DNA of 62,422 nucleotides, filler included, from Candidatus Babelota bacterium (GTDB taxonomy: Bacteria > JAGOBX01), in the NCBI GenBank assembly GCA_017999075.1. It is 8 parts of 8 records of this genome, joined end to end, with 100 filler letters (N's around TTAATTAATTAA, not from the genome) between each part and the next. Parts side by side here need not be neighbours in the genome. Positions count along the whole stretch, not along the records: positions 1 to 25,525 come from JAGOBX010000003.1; positions 25,626 to 30,813 come from JAGOBX010000289.1; 6 more parts are not named here. One strand, 5' to 3'. Positions 20,782 through 30,913 of the stretch are shown here, in pieces; within the stretch, counting starts at the first letter, position 1, and the number at the start of each line of letters is the position of its first letter. The notes under the pieces are model-generated. The model saw only the letters and a list, made by a program, of their open reading frames with translations, had not been told where the DNA came from and searched no databases. Position numbers and translations under genes: made by a program.

Positions 20782-23700
20782 TTATTTTATAATACCTATT
20801 TTACCTATTTTTTCTCCACCTGAATATATCAGTTTATAAATATATACGCCGCTTGCAATTTCTTCACTTTTCATATTTTGCAAATTCCATTCAAGTTCAA
20901 TTCCTGCATCGCCATAAAACTCATAAACTTTTCTTCCTGCCAAATTATATATCAGAAGTTCAACGTATCCTGAAACTCCATTAAAAATAACTTTACCGGT
21001 TCCATATCTTTGCCTGTATGGATTCGGAAATACATAAAACCCAGTATCTGCCCCTGAACCATATTTAGGAGCTGCAACCGAATAATATGAAAAATGAAGT
21101 AATTCGGCTTTAACAGATTTAGAAACAGGATCACTATAATTCAACCCGTCGCTTACAACTTCCCATTTATTAGTAGATTCATTAAACCTGTACATTTTTA
21201 ATTTTGAACATTCTATTCCTGTATTATCCTCAAAACCGTTATTATCATTATCTGAATACGGAATTTCCACTGTAATCATTTTTTCAAATTCCTGATTTAC
21301 AACAGCTTCTGTCAATATGTTTTTAACATCAAATTTTCTTAAACTTCCGTTCAATACCTGTAAATTCCCAAACCCTGATGATTTAACTTTTTCAAACTCA
21401 GTTTCGTTTTCTGATTCTTTCAAAATGTCTATAAACACGCTGTCTTGTAATATATCAGCAGGTATCTGCATAACAGTATTGTTATAAGAATATATATTCT
21501 CTTTTTTTACATTCAGCATAACTCTAACATATTTTGTAGATACATTTCCGAATTCATCTACAAATTTTATCGCATTTAATCCGCATTTTGTCAATTTAAT
21601 AAAATTCGAATACTGCGATGATAATTTAATATTAGTTTTTGGAGCATCTTCAATTTGTTCAACAAAAATCTGAATGTTAGAACTGCACGAAATAATATTA
21701 CTGAATTCATCAGTATAATAAATCGTGTATTGAATCTCATCTCCTAAAAATGCAATATCTTCAGACACATTAATAACAATGTTTTTCTTTATTCCAGGGT
21801 TAATTTTTACAGATGCATTTTTTTGAAACCCTGCAAATTCAGATGTTATATAAACAGTCTGATTTTTAGTATATCTCGTTTCAAACTCCGTTCTCCCTGA
21901 TTCTGATATGTTTTTTTCAATGTCAATTACCCCTGATGCATCAGAAAATCTTATTTTCACTTTTCTGTCTTGTTCAGGAACATATTTAAAATAATCTAAT
22001 CTTTTCAAATTTAATGCTGCTAAAGTTATATATAATGTTTCTCCTGCATTAATCTGTTCAGGAACTGTAAGAGCTATATTCCCGATTAAACTATAATCAT
22101 TTATCACATTTATAAAAAATTCAGATTTAATCCCTGCTCTAACTGTTTCAAGTTTTACAGACAACCCTGCTATTTTATCCAGTTTTCTTAGTTCAAATAT
22201 AATTTTACCCGCGTTATCTGTAATCAGATTCATATATTTTGAATCATTGATAAACTCCGCTTCACCTGAAATTTCCAGTTTCACTGTTTCTCCTGAAAGA
22301 GCATTTCCATTAGAATCTTTAACTATGGCTGACAATATTATTGTATCGAATAATCCCGCATTTATTTGAACATCATTCGGTATTTTGACAAAAGTATACG
22401 GTTCAGGAATTAATTCAGGAAAAATTATCACTGTATCATTTCCTGATTGCGAACCGGTATCAGCATTATTATTTGCAGGCGCGCTTCTTGATAAAACAAC
22501 TGATTTAACAGGACTTTCATTGTTTCCGATATCTATGACGCTTATATCAATATAATATGTTACGTATGCATCAAGATTATTCAGGTTTAACAATGACGAA
22601 GATCTGATTCCCAATTCTGTTTTTTCAGAGGTTGTTAAAATTATTCCTGTATCTGACAAATTTGTTCTATATCTTATTTTATAAGTTTTAAAATCCTGTT
22701 CCTGAGATGGGGTCCAATTCAATATTGCATAATTTGAATAATCAGAAACTGCGAATTCGGAAACTGCAGCAGGAAGCATATCATTTTGAGGAACTGAAGA
22801 AGTATCAGACTCTTGTCTAACTAATACTTTTATTGTATCAGAGAGCACGCTCTCATTTCCTACTATATCAGTTGCCGAAACTGCAAAATAATATTCCGTA
22901 TTTGATGTCAACCCTGTAATCATAGTTTGACAATTATTTTTCTGACGCAAATTATTATCATTTGATACTGACCATTTTTTATAAGCAGGTGTTATAACCG
23001 GCGAAGTATTATAATAAATCGAATAATAATTGAAATCTTCTGATTGAACAGGATTTAATGATAATGTTACGCTATTCTCATTTTTTGAAATCAATGAAGG
23101 GTAAGTCATCTTTTCAGGAGACTGGTTATCTATTATAACTGACCAGTTATTAGTTGCTGAATATTTAAAAATCATTGATTCTACTTTTATAACAAAATTC
23201 AAAATACAAGAATTCTCAGGTTTAGGAATAACAGCTTTAAATCTATTGCCGTATCCTGAAACAGCATTAACCGAAATTTCCAGACAATCTTCAATATCTA
23301 TAATATCGGAATTAATTTTATAAAGCAATTTTATATTTTCAATATTTGAAGGAATAGTGTCAGCAGTGAATACTACAATTATATCACTGTCTTTCAAATA
23401 TGCATCAGAACTGAAATCAATTACTGTATTAGTTCCTTCTGTAATATAATTAACAAAAATATTTTTAACATTGGTTTTTCCAGAATCATTTTGATTACTC
23501 TGAATTCCATTTATTAAACCCATATATTTTACAGTGTTGTTTGATGTGCTCAGTTTTATTTTTCCATGATTTGATTTGTCAGCAAATACAAAAACTTCTA
23601 CAGAACCATAATCATCAGTAATTCCAGAAAATACTATTTTATTATCTATAAGCGTTTCTCCGTCTTCAACTCTTATTTCTATATTTTCTCCTGATACAGC

Positions 23701-25524
23701 TATTCCTGAAGCATCTCTTGCAACTGCTGTAAGTTTAAATGAATTATTCGAACTTATATCTACTGTATCTCCTGAAACCAACTCTATTTTTGAAACAGCG
23801 CCTGCAGTTTTTCTTATAAGTTTAGCTTTTTTTACAGGGCTTTCATTTCCTGTTTTATCAACTGAACATATTTCAAAATAATAATTTGAAGACGCATCTA
23901 GATTCCGGATAAGCAGCAATGAACTTGATAATGTTCCAAGAATAGATTCACTGTTTCTGTCCAAAGTAAAAATCTGGCTGTTGTAAAAATCTTTGGAATA
24001 ACGAATTTTGTATGTATTGAAATCAGCCGATGAAACAGGAGTCCAGAACAAATAAGCGCTGGAACTTCTATCATATAAAGTTAATGATTGAACCTGAGCA
24101 GGAGCTTCAGCGTCTATAATATATTTAAAAGTTGCTCCATCTTTATTTGTGAATATTGTATTATTTATTTCAAAAATATATTCGACAAGAGTTCCATTAA
24201 CCATTTCATTATCAGAAACCGGTATAACGCATTCCCATGTTTTTCGGGCATTCCCGTCAATGCAATACATTTCAACATACCTGTCCTCATCGTTTTCTAA
24301 TGATTTTCCATCAGGTCTTTTTCCGGCATCATACCATAAATATACTTTATCTCCTGTTTTAACCGCATATTCGAATTCTGTAGTTACTGTAATGTCTTTC
24401 CTCAATAATTTTTCAGTTCCATCAAGCAAATGAGCTGTATTATACCCGTCTGTAGCAGGATCTTCAGCAGGACGCTGGCTGTTTGTAGTAGTCTGAACGC
24501 TTGTTGTTACAAGACTTAAATTTCCTGACAAATCTTTAGTTATTACGCTGAACGTATAATTTTCATTGGGCAGTAACCCTCTAACAGCGCTTATAGATGT
24601 ATATCTATTTTTCAAGTTGGGATCTTTCAAGTATGTCCATTGCGAATCTGATGAAGTTACTGCTCCGCCTATTTGATAAACCACTATATACTCGCTAAAA
24701 TCATCCATGTCATATCTTGGAAGCCAGCTTATATGAACAGTAGTAGTTGAATCTGACATTTTTGACGCATTGACGCTTGTTATATCAAAATTATTTGAAT
24801 TGTCCATCTTAATCTGCCATGGTTCATCATATAAATTTCTGTATATCAATCCGCCGTCGCATTCAAAAATAAATTTTATTACATCTCCATCGCTTATTTT
24901 CAAATCCGCAACATTTAAAATTGCACTCCAGTATCCGTTGTTTAATGAACAATTTATTTTTGTGTCAGACAAATTTCCTATTCCTGCTCCATCAGGTTTT
25001 GCAAAAGTATCAACCCATATAACTGGAGAATATTCAGATGCCGAAGATAATCTGAATTTTATTTCAATATTTTCTTTTTTAATTCTATTTATCTGCTCAA
25101 AATCAGTTATAATACTGCCTGATACTCCTGTTGCAGTAACATCAAGTGCGTATAATGAAGAATTTGTGTATACACTTATAGTATCTGAAAGTTCACTTTC
25201 ATTACCCGCGTCATCTTTTACTGAAACTGCAAAATAATATCTTGTAAAACTTGTTAAATTCATTATTTTTGAATAAGAATTTTTTGCTGTCATCAGATTT
25301 GCGTCATTTACATAATTCCATTTTTTACTTGATTTTGTAACATTTGGAAGTGTATCGTAATATACTGTATACTCTTTAAAATCCGAATTATAATAATACT
25401 TCCACGTTAAATTTACAGAATTTAAAGTTTTGGAAAGTGACGTTAATCCCGTAATTTTCGATGGAGCCTCATTATCAGATGTGTATGACCAGCAAAACGA
25501 ATTATTAAACCTGAAAATCTTGCC
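20782..25524 (-). CDS. Large fibronectin type III / Ig-like repeat protein with T9SS-CTD-like C-terminus, 5'-truncated
   Basis: Repeated LxW..DFxxYxIxY...LxxxTxYYFxVxxxDxxGNES. C-terminus VFPNPY...IYNLAGRKV...WNL...ASGVYIY...GKIGIIK. Frame stays open from the listed start to the contig end. Confidence 0.85.
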   Translation of the reverse strand, partial: GKIFRFNNSFCWSYTSDNEAPSKITGLTSLSKTLNSVNLTWKYYYNSDFKEYTVYYDTLPNVTKSSKKWNYVNDANLMTAKNSYSKIMNLTSFTRYYFAVSVKDDAGNESELSDTISVYTNSSLYALDVTATGVSGSIITDFEQINRIKKENIEIKFRLSSASEYSPVIWVDTFAKPDGAGIGNLSDTKINCSLNNGYWSAILNVADLKISDGDVIKFIFECDGGLIYRNLYDEPWQIKMDNSNNFDITSVNASKMSDSTTTVHISWLPRYDMDDFSEYIVVYQIGGAVTSSDSQWTYLKDPNLKNRYTSISAVRGLLPNENYTFSVITKDLSGNLSLVTTSVQTTTNSQRPAEDPATDGYNTAHLLDGTEKLLRKDITVTTEFEYAVKTGDKVYLWYDAGKRPDGKSLENDEDRYVEMYCIDGNARKTWECVIPVSDNEMVNGTLVEYIFEINNTIFTNKDGATFKYIIDAEAPAQVQSLTLYDRSSSAYLFWTPVSSADFNTYKIRYSKDFYNSQIFTLDRNSESILGTLSSSLLLIRNLDASSNYYFEICSVDKTGNESPVKKAKLIRKTAGAVSKIELVSGDTVDISSNNSFKLTAVARDASGIAVSGENIEIRVEDGETLIDNKIVFSGITDDYGSVEVFVFADKSNHGKIKLSTSNNTVKYMGLINGIQSNQNDSGKTNVKNIFVNYITEGTNTVIDFSSDAYLKDSDIIVVFTADTIPSNIENIKLLYKINSDIIDIEDCLEISVNAVSGYGNRFKAVIPKPENSCILNFVIKVESMIFKYSATNNWSVIIDNQSPEKMTYPSLISKNENSVTLSLNPVQSEDFNYYSIYYNTSPVITPAYKKWSVSNDNNLRQKNNCQTMITGLTSNTEYYFAVSATDIVGNESVLSDTIKVLVRQESDTSSVPQNDMLPAAVSEFAVSDYSNYAILNWTPSQEQDFKTYKIRYRTNLSDTGIILTTSEKTELGIRSSSLLNLNNLDAYVTYYIDISVIDIGNNESPVKSVVLSRSAPANNNADTGSQSGNDTVIIFPELIPEPYTFVKIPNDVQINAGLFDTIILSAIVKDSNGNALSGETVKLEISGEAEFINDSKYMNLITDNAGKIIFELRKLDKIAGLSVKLETVRAGIKSEFFINVINDYSLIGNIALTVPEQINAGETLYITLAALNLKRLDYFKYVPEQDRKVKIRFSDASGVIDIEKNISESGRTEFETRYTKNQTVYITSEFAGFQKNASVKINPGIKKNIVINVSEDIAFLGDEIQYTIYYTDEFSNIISCSSNIQIFVEQIEDAPKTNIKLSSQYSNFIKLTKCGLNAIKFVDEFGNVSTKYVRVMLNVKKENIYSYNNTVMQIPADILQDSVFIDILKESENETEFEKVKSSGFGNLQVLNGSLRKFDVKNILTEAVVNQEFEKMITVEIPYSDNDNNGFEDNTGIECSKLKMYRFNESTNKWEVVSDGLNYSDPVSKSVKAELLHFSYYSVAAPKYGSGADTGFYVFPNPYRQRYGTGKVIFNGVSGYVELLIYNLAGRKVYEFYGDAGIELEWNLQNMKSEEIASGVYIYKLIYSGGEKIGKIGIIK

Positions 25525-25525
25525 G

Positions 25526-25625
25526 NNNNNNNNNNNNNNNNNNNNNNNNNNNNNNNNNNNNNNNNNNNNTTAATTAATTAANNNNNNNNNNNNNNNNNNN
25601 NNNNNNNNNNNNNNNNNNNNNNNNN
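25526..25625. other. Artificial contig linker
   Basis: 44 N + TTAATTAATTAA + 44 N. Confidence 0.98.
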
Positions 25626-25671
25626 ACTCTTCCGTTGAAAACTGAATATATCAAGGGGAAAAATAAATAAT

Positions 25672-26655
25672 ATGACATTGACATCGAGCGAATTGAAATA
25701 TATTGAAGTTCCGTTAAGGGAAATAATTGAAATAAATGAAAAACATGGAAGCGTTGAATTGGGACATATCCGTCTGGCCACAGATATTTCTGAAAACGGG
25801 AAGACATATTCTGTTAAGGGGTCTGAAATTTCTTCACCTTCGGTTCAAAAAAAATTTATTGATAAAGGAATTGAATACGTCAATATTGAAATAACGCCTA
25901 AAATAATAGAAAAAATAATTGAAAAACATCCTGAACGTTATGCAGATAAAAATCTTGATCCAAATGTTGCTGTTTTACCGGTTGAGGAAATCCAGACTAA
26001 TTCATATATACGGGAAAATGTAATTGATGAACGTGGAAAAGTTATTGTAAAAAAATGGACTTTATTGAAAAAAGACCATATTAATTTGATGAAAAAATTC
26101 GGAAAAAATAAGGAATATGAAGTTTATGAAGGAGTGCACTCGCAGGAAAAAATTGAAAAAAAAATTGATAAAACTGCAAAAACGAATGTTTTGATAATAG
26201 ATGATCAGGTATATGTTACAGACAGTTTGAAGATGGCTCTTGAAGATTATAATATGAATGTTCACACAATAAATGAAAATACTGATATAATAAGTAAAAT
26301 CAGAAATTCTCCCCCTGATATCATACTGCTGGATATAAATATGCCTGTTATGAATGGATTTGAAATATTGGAACAATTAAAAAAATTCGGAAATTTGAAG
26401 AATATACCGGTAATAATGATTACTGCGCGGAATGTAAAAACTGATATTTTGAAAGCAATAGGATTAGGTGCTGCTGATTATATAGTCAAACCTTTTAATT
26501 ATAAACATATTATAAAAAAACTTATTAAATATCTTCCTGAAAATAAAATTAATATTGATTTGAATGCTCTGAATAATTCCGAGGACTCTAATATGAAAGA
26601 AGACAATCTCACACAAAAATTAAATAATTTACTGGAGAAAATAGATTTAAAATGA
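25672..26655 (+). CDS. Response regulator: C-terminal REC domain, N-terminal modules of unknown function
   Basis: VLIIDD, PDIILLDINMP, PVIMITA, ADYIVKPF; no recognisable output domain. Confidence 0.85.
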   Translation: MTLTSSELKYIEVPLREIIEINEKHGSVELGHIRLATDISENGKTYSVKGSEISSPSVQKKFIDKGIEYVNIEITPKIIEKIIEKHPERYADKNLDPNVAVLPVEEIQTNSYIRENVIDERGKVIVKKWTLLKKDHINLMKKFGKNKEYEVYEGVHSQEKIEKKIDKTAKTNVLIIDDQVYVTDSLKMALEDYNMNVHTINENTDIISKIRNSPPDIILLDINMPVMNGFEILEQLKKFGNLKNIPVIMITARNVKTDILKAIGLGAADYIVKPFNYKHIIKKLIKYLPENKINIDLNALNNSEDSNMKEDNLTQKLNNLLEKIDLK

Positions 26656-27086
26656 AAGTTATTATTGACGCGGACGCATGTCCTGTAAAAGATATTGCAG
26701 TCAGGATTTGTAAGGAATTTGCAAAACCTGTTTATCTTGTTTTTGATTTGAGTCATGTTTTCAATGATGATTACGCGCAGTTGGTTCAGGTTGATACAGG
26801 TAAAAATTCTGTGGATATAACGATTGAATCAATGGTAGATGAAAAAGATATAGTTATAACTCAGGATTTGGAATTGGCGCAGCTTTGTCTGAATAAAAAA
26901 GCAAAAGTTATAAATCCGTTTGGCGAATTGTTTTCAGAATATTCAATACAATATTTTATTCTTGAAAAAGAACATCAGGAGAAATTAAGAAGAACAGGAA
27001 GGCGATGCAGGACGCCTAAAAAACGCAAAACCAGAAATGATGAGATTTTTAAAAAAAAATTTATAGAATTATTGAATAGCATTTAA
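26652..27086 (+). CDS. YaiI/YqxD family (UPF0178, PIN-like) protein
   Basis: MKVIIDADACPVK, DIVITQDLELA; start overlaps the upstream stop. Confidence 0.9.
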   Translation: MKVIIDADACPVKDIAVRICKEFAKPVYLVFDLSHVFNDDYAQLVQVDTGKNSVDITIESMVDEKDIVITQDLELAQLCLNKKAKVINPFGELFSEYSIQYFILEKEHQEKLRRTGRRCRTPKKRKTRNDEIFKKKFIELLNSI

Positions 27087-27094
27087 CATAAAAA

Positions 27095-30055
27095 ATGAAG
27101 CACATATTAAAGTTTGTTTTAATATTTATTATATGCGGTTTGTTTTTTTTGGCGGCGCATTCTGTTATAGATTCGATTTTCTTTTACCGTATGTTTTATT
27201 TAGATTCCTTGCTGTTTAAATTTCCTGATATTGAAAGATATGTCAGAATAGTTGTTTTTATATTAATATTTATAACAGGGTTTGTAATTATAAAATTTAT
27301 TTTAAAACTCAATTCTTTGAATTTAAAATTGAAAGAATCGATGGAAGAACTGAAATTGGTTAATCAGCATCTTACAGCTGATGAACAGCAGCTTAAAGCT
27401 TCCAATCAGCAGTTAAAAGCATATAATCAGCAGCTTATAAGTTCAGAACAGCAACTTCGCGCCGCAGAACAGCAGCAGAAAGCTATTAATCAGCAGTTGA
27501 GAACAACTGAAATTGAACTGAGAAACGAAATTGACAATCATATTATATCAAGAAAACAGCTTGAGATTAATGAACGCAGATACAGAATGATGTTTGAACA
27601 AATGACCGATGCTGTTGCTGTGTATGAAACTTTGGATTCGGGAAAAAATTTTATTTTTAAAGATTTTAATAAATCAGGAGAATTAATAGAAAAAATCGAC
27701 CGCAGATTTTTAATCGGGAAAAGTGTTCTTGAAGTATTTCCGGCAGTTAAAGATTTCGGATTATTCGAAGTTTTTCAGCGAGTCTATAAAACTGGGGTTC
27801 CTGAACATTTTCCTGTTAAACTATATAAAGATTTACGATTGGCAGGGTGGCGCGATAATTATATATATAAACTTCCTACAGGTGAAATAGTTGCAATTTA
27901 TTCTGATGTTACTGAAAAGAAAAATGCAGAACAATACCGCTTGCTTAACATGAAAATTCTTCAAATTCTTAACAGCGATGAGGATACATGCAAAATAATA
28001 GAATCAATTTTGAATATGATAAAAAAACAGGTGAGTCTGGATGAGGCGGAAATTATTATCAGTGAAAAAAACGATTATTTTTATTATTTGGATTCCGGAT
28101 GTTTAACCGGTTTTGTAAGAACCGGAAACTGCCTGATGATGACTGCTGCTGCAAAAAAAATAGAAAATAAAAATTGTATGGCAGCAGATTGCATTTGCGG
28201 TCTTGTGTTAGCTGGAAAAATATCTGAAATACCAGGAGTATCAACTGAATACGGTTCTTTTTTTACTTCAGAATCATCAGAGATTTTTTTGAATAAAGAA
28301 AAATCAGAACAAATTTCCGGAATTAGATTCAAATATTGCAGTTCAGAATACGAATCAGTAGCGATAATTCCTTTAAAAATTGAAACGGGAATAATAGGTG
28401 TTCTTCAGTTTGTATCAAAAAACAGGAATAGATTTGATAAAGATAATATAAGTTATTTAGAAGGAATCGCTGGAAGTATTGTTATAGCTTTAAAACGTAA
28501 GTCTATACTTGATGCGTTGAAATATAATGAACAGAGATTGAAGTTTGCGTTTGAAGCTGCAAGCGAAGGGATGTGGGATTGGGATCTTATTGAAAAAAAA
28601 ATTTATTTCAGTCCAAGATTTCATTCTATGCTTGGTTATGAATTTGAAGGATTCTCATATGATACTGATATTTTATTTAAATATATTCATCCTGAAGACA
28701 GAGAACGAGCCAGGTTTAATTTGAAAAAATATATCTCATCGCCATTGTCAGAAAAATTTGAACAGGTTTTCAGAATGATAACTAAAAACGGTGATTTAAT
28801 ATGGGTTATGTCAAGAGGGAAAATTTTTGAATGGAATAAAATGAAACCATCCAGGATGATAGGAACTTATATGGATATAACCCAGCAGATGAAAATTCAT
28901 AATCAATTGATTCATTCGGAAAAATTATCTGCTGTGGGGCAGCTTGCTTCAGGAATAGCGCATGAATTTAATAATATACTTGCGATAATAAAAAGTTTTG
29001 CTCAAACTGTTATACTTAATATAGAACCGAATCCTGATTATCTTGAAATAATGAAGGAAATAGATGTTCAGGTTAAACGCGGAGCTGAAATAGTTGGGAG
29101 CATAATGGCTTTTGCAAAACCCAGAGAATTAAAAAAAGAAATATGCGATATAAAAAAAATTATTGAACATGTAATAAAAATTCAGAAAAAATCATTGGAG
29201 TTTGAAAATGTTAAAATAATAACAGAGTTTGATTATTCTTCGGAATTGTATGCAGATGTAACTCGCATTGAACAGGTTTTGGTAAACATGATATTAAATG
29301 CAAGGCATGCAATTAAAGCTAAGAAAGGCGGAGGAATTATTAAGATTTCAGTAAAAGAAATTAATGATTTTATTGAAATTTTAATTTCTGATACTGGAAT
29401 TGGAATCTCTGAAGAAAATTTATTAAGTATTTTTGAGCCGTTTTATACAACCAAAGGAGCAAGAGGAAGTGAGTTTAACAATGAAACAGGAACAGGGTTA
29501 GGATTATCAATTTGTTATTCAATAATAAAAAGTCATAATGGTTCAATTTCTGTGAAATCAAAAATCAACGAAGGAGCTACATTCATCATAAGTTTGCCTG
29601 TTAAAGAACCTAAAATTTTAATGGATTCTGAAAATATTGAAAATAACGGAGAGATTTTAACAGTTACAGATAATAAGCCTGATATTTCAGAAAAATTATT
29701 GAAAATAATTATTATTGACGATGAAAATCTTATAGCAGACACTCTTTCAATGGCTATAAAAAAAATGATGACGTCTGAAATTGATTGTTTTTATAATGGA
29801 ACATCAGCTATTGAAGCGTTTAGAAAAAAAAAGTATGATATTGCGTTCATAGACCTTTTATTGCCTGGTATTGACGGATATAAAATAGCAGAAGAATTCC
29901 TTAAAATTGAACCGCTGATTAAAATTATTTTTATGTCAGGTCAGGTCAGGATTGAAATTGGTGAAATTATGGGTAGATCTGAATTCGGATTTCTTCAAAA
30001 GCCGTTTGACATCAATGATGTTATGAATACTATAACATTAATCAAAAAAAAATAA
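27095..30055 (+). CDS. Membrane-anchored hybrid histidine kinase (TM, coiled coil, PAS, GAF, PAS, HisKA, HATPase, REC)
   Basis: EKLSAVGQLASGIAHEFNN, NARHA, DTGIGI, FEPFYTTK, GTGLGL; PAS GMWDWD...IHPED; REC IIIIDDE...DLLLP...KPF. Confidence 0.92.
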   Translation: MKHILKFVLIFIICGLFFLAAHSVIDSIFFYRMFYLDSLLFKFPDIERYVRIVVFILIFITGFVIIKFILKLNSLNLKLKESMEELKLVNQHLTADEQQLKASNQQLKAYNQQLISSEQQLRAAEQQQKAINQQLRTTEIELRNEIDNHIISRKQLEINERRYRMMFEQMTDAVAVYETLDSGKNFIFKDFNKSGELIEKIDRRFLIGKSVLEVFPAVKDFGLFEVFQRVYKTGVPEHFPVKLYKDLRLAGWRDNYIYKLPTGEIVAIYSDVTEKKNAEQYRLLNMKILQILNSDEDTCKIIESILNMIKKQVSLDEAEIIISEKNDYFYYLDSGCLTGFVRTGNCLMMTAAAKKIENKNCMAADCICGLVLAGKISEIPGVSTEYGSFFTSESSEIFLNKEKSEQISGIRFKYCSSEYESVAIIPLKIETGIIGVLQFVSKNRNRFDKDNISYLEGIAGSIVIALKRKSILDALKYNEQRLKFAFEAASEGMWDWDLIEKKIYFSPRFHSMLGYEFEGFSYDTDILFKYIHPEDRERARFNLKKYISSPLSEKFEQVFRMITKNGDLIWVMSRGKIFEWNKMKPSRMIGTYMDITQQMKIHNQLIHSEKLSAVGQLASGIAHEFNNILAIIKSFAQTVILNIEPNPDYLEIMKEIDVQVKRGAEIVGSIMAFAKPRELKKEICDIKKIIEHVIKIQKKSLEFENVKIITEFDYSSELYADVTRIEQVLVNMILNARHAIKAKKGGGIIKISVKEINDFIEILISDTGIGISEENLLSIFEPFYTTKGARGSEFNNETGTGLGLSICYSIIKSHNGSISVKSKINEGATFIISLPVKEPKILMDSENIENNGEILTVTDNKPDISEKLLKIIIIDDENLIADTLSMAIKKMMTSEIDCFYNGTSAIEAFRKKKYDIAFIDLLLPGIDGYKIAEEFLKIEPLIKIIFMSGQVRIEIGEIMGRSEFGFLQKPFDINDVMNTITLIKKK
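27346..27513 (+). repeat. Imperfect 21-nt (heptad) coding tandem repeats, coiled coil
   Basis: About 8 units such as QQLKASN/QQLKAYN/QQLISSE/QQLRAAE. Confidence 0.7.
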
Positions 30056-30063
30056 AAATAAAG

Positions 30064-30091
30064 TTGACTATCCGGTATTTTTTATTACAAT
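30064..30091 (+). promoter_or_regulatory. Sigma70-type promoter for SRP RNA
   Basis: TTGACT-16nt-TACAAT about 7 nt upstream of the SRP RNA 5' end. Confidence 0.7.
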
Positions 30092-30098
30092 TATATAC

Positions 30099-30363
30099 GC
30101 CGCGCTAAATGGGGAATTAGCGGTTCCCTGTAACTTGCAGCTATAGCAGGATTGAAGCTTGAACGAGGATGCTGAGCAGGTAACTGCTTGGTTGGAAAAG
30201 TAGCGTTGAAGGTTAGGTCCTTCGCGATAAAGATTATCGAATCTGGTCAGGTCCGGAAGGAAGCAGCCATAAGATAAGCCCTTTATGCGCCGGGGGAAAA
30301 CCTAACCGGAGCCAACTGTTCAATTGACGTTACATGCAGGTATTCAAATTTAAGTGCGCGGTT
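30099..30363 (+). ncRNA. ffs: Signal recognition particle RNA, long type with Alu domain
   Basis: Helix-8 signature GGTCAGGTCCGGAAGGAAGCAGCC (30245-30268). 5' GCCGCGC pairs with 3' GCGCGGT. Alu-like GGGGAATTAGCGGTTCCCTGTAAC. Lies directly upstream of dnaX. Confidence 0.92.
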
Positions 30364-30514
30364 TTTATGCCGGATTATCGTTAAAATCATAAATACGAAA
30401 TTTTAAGATTAATTATACAGATTGATAATTTATGCATAAATATATAGTAATTAAAATAAAGTCAGCTTAGATTTTTGGCAAATTTTATATTAGATACATA
30501 TTTTACGGATTATC

Positions 30515-30813
30515 ATGAGTTACGTTGTAATAGCAAGAAAATATAGACCTATGTTTTTCAAAGATGTTATAGGTCAGGAACATATAACCAGGACAATATC
30601 AAATGCGATTAAATCAAATCATTTATGCCAGGCTTTCTTATTTACAGGAACGCGAGGTGTTGGAAAAACCACTACTGCGCGAATATTAGCCAAAGCTGTT
30701 AATTGCGAAAAAGGATTTAATCCTGAACCATGCAATGATTGTAATTCTTGTAAATCAATAACAGACGGACAATATGTGGATGTTCTTGAAATAGACGGAG
30801 CATCAAACAACAG
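30515..30813 (+). CDS. dnaX: DNA polymerase III subunit gamma/tau, 3'-truncated
   Basis: MSYVVIARKYRP, Walker A GTRGVGKTT, Zn motif PCNDCNSC, EIDGASN. Confidence 0.95.
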
Positions 30814-30913
30814 NNNNNNNNNNNNNNNNNNNNNNNNNNNNNNNNNNNNNNNNNNNNTTAATTAATTAANNNNNNNNNNNNNNNNNNNNNNNNNNNNNNN
30901 NNNNNNNNNNNNN
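30814..30913. other. Artificial contig linker
   Basis: 44 N + TTAATTAATTAA + 44 N. Confidence 0.98.

Noticed and set aside
25574-25807. Minus-strand ORFs running into the N-run
   Set aside because: Artefacts of translating through the linker, and antisense to the response regulator.
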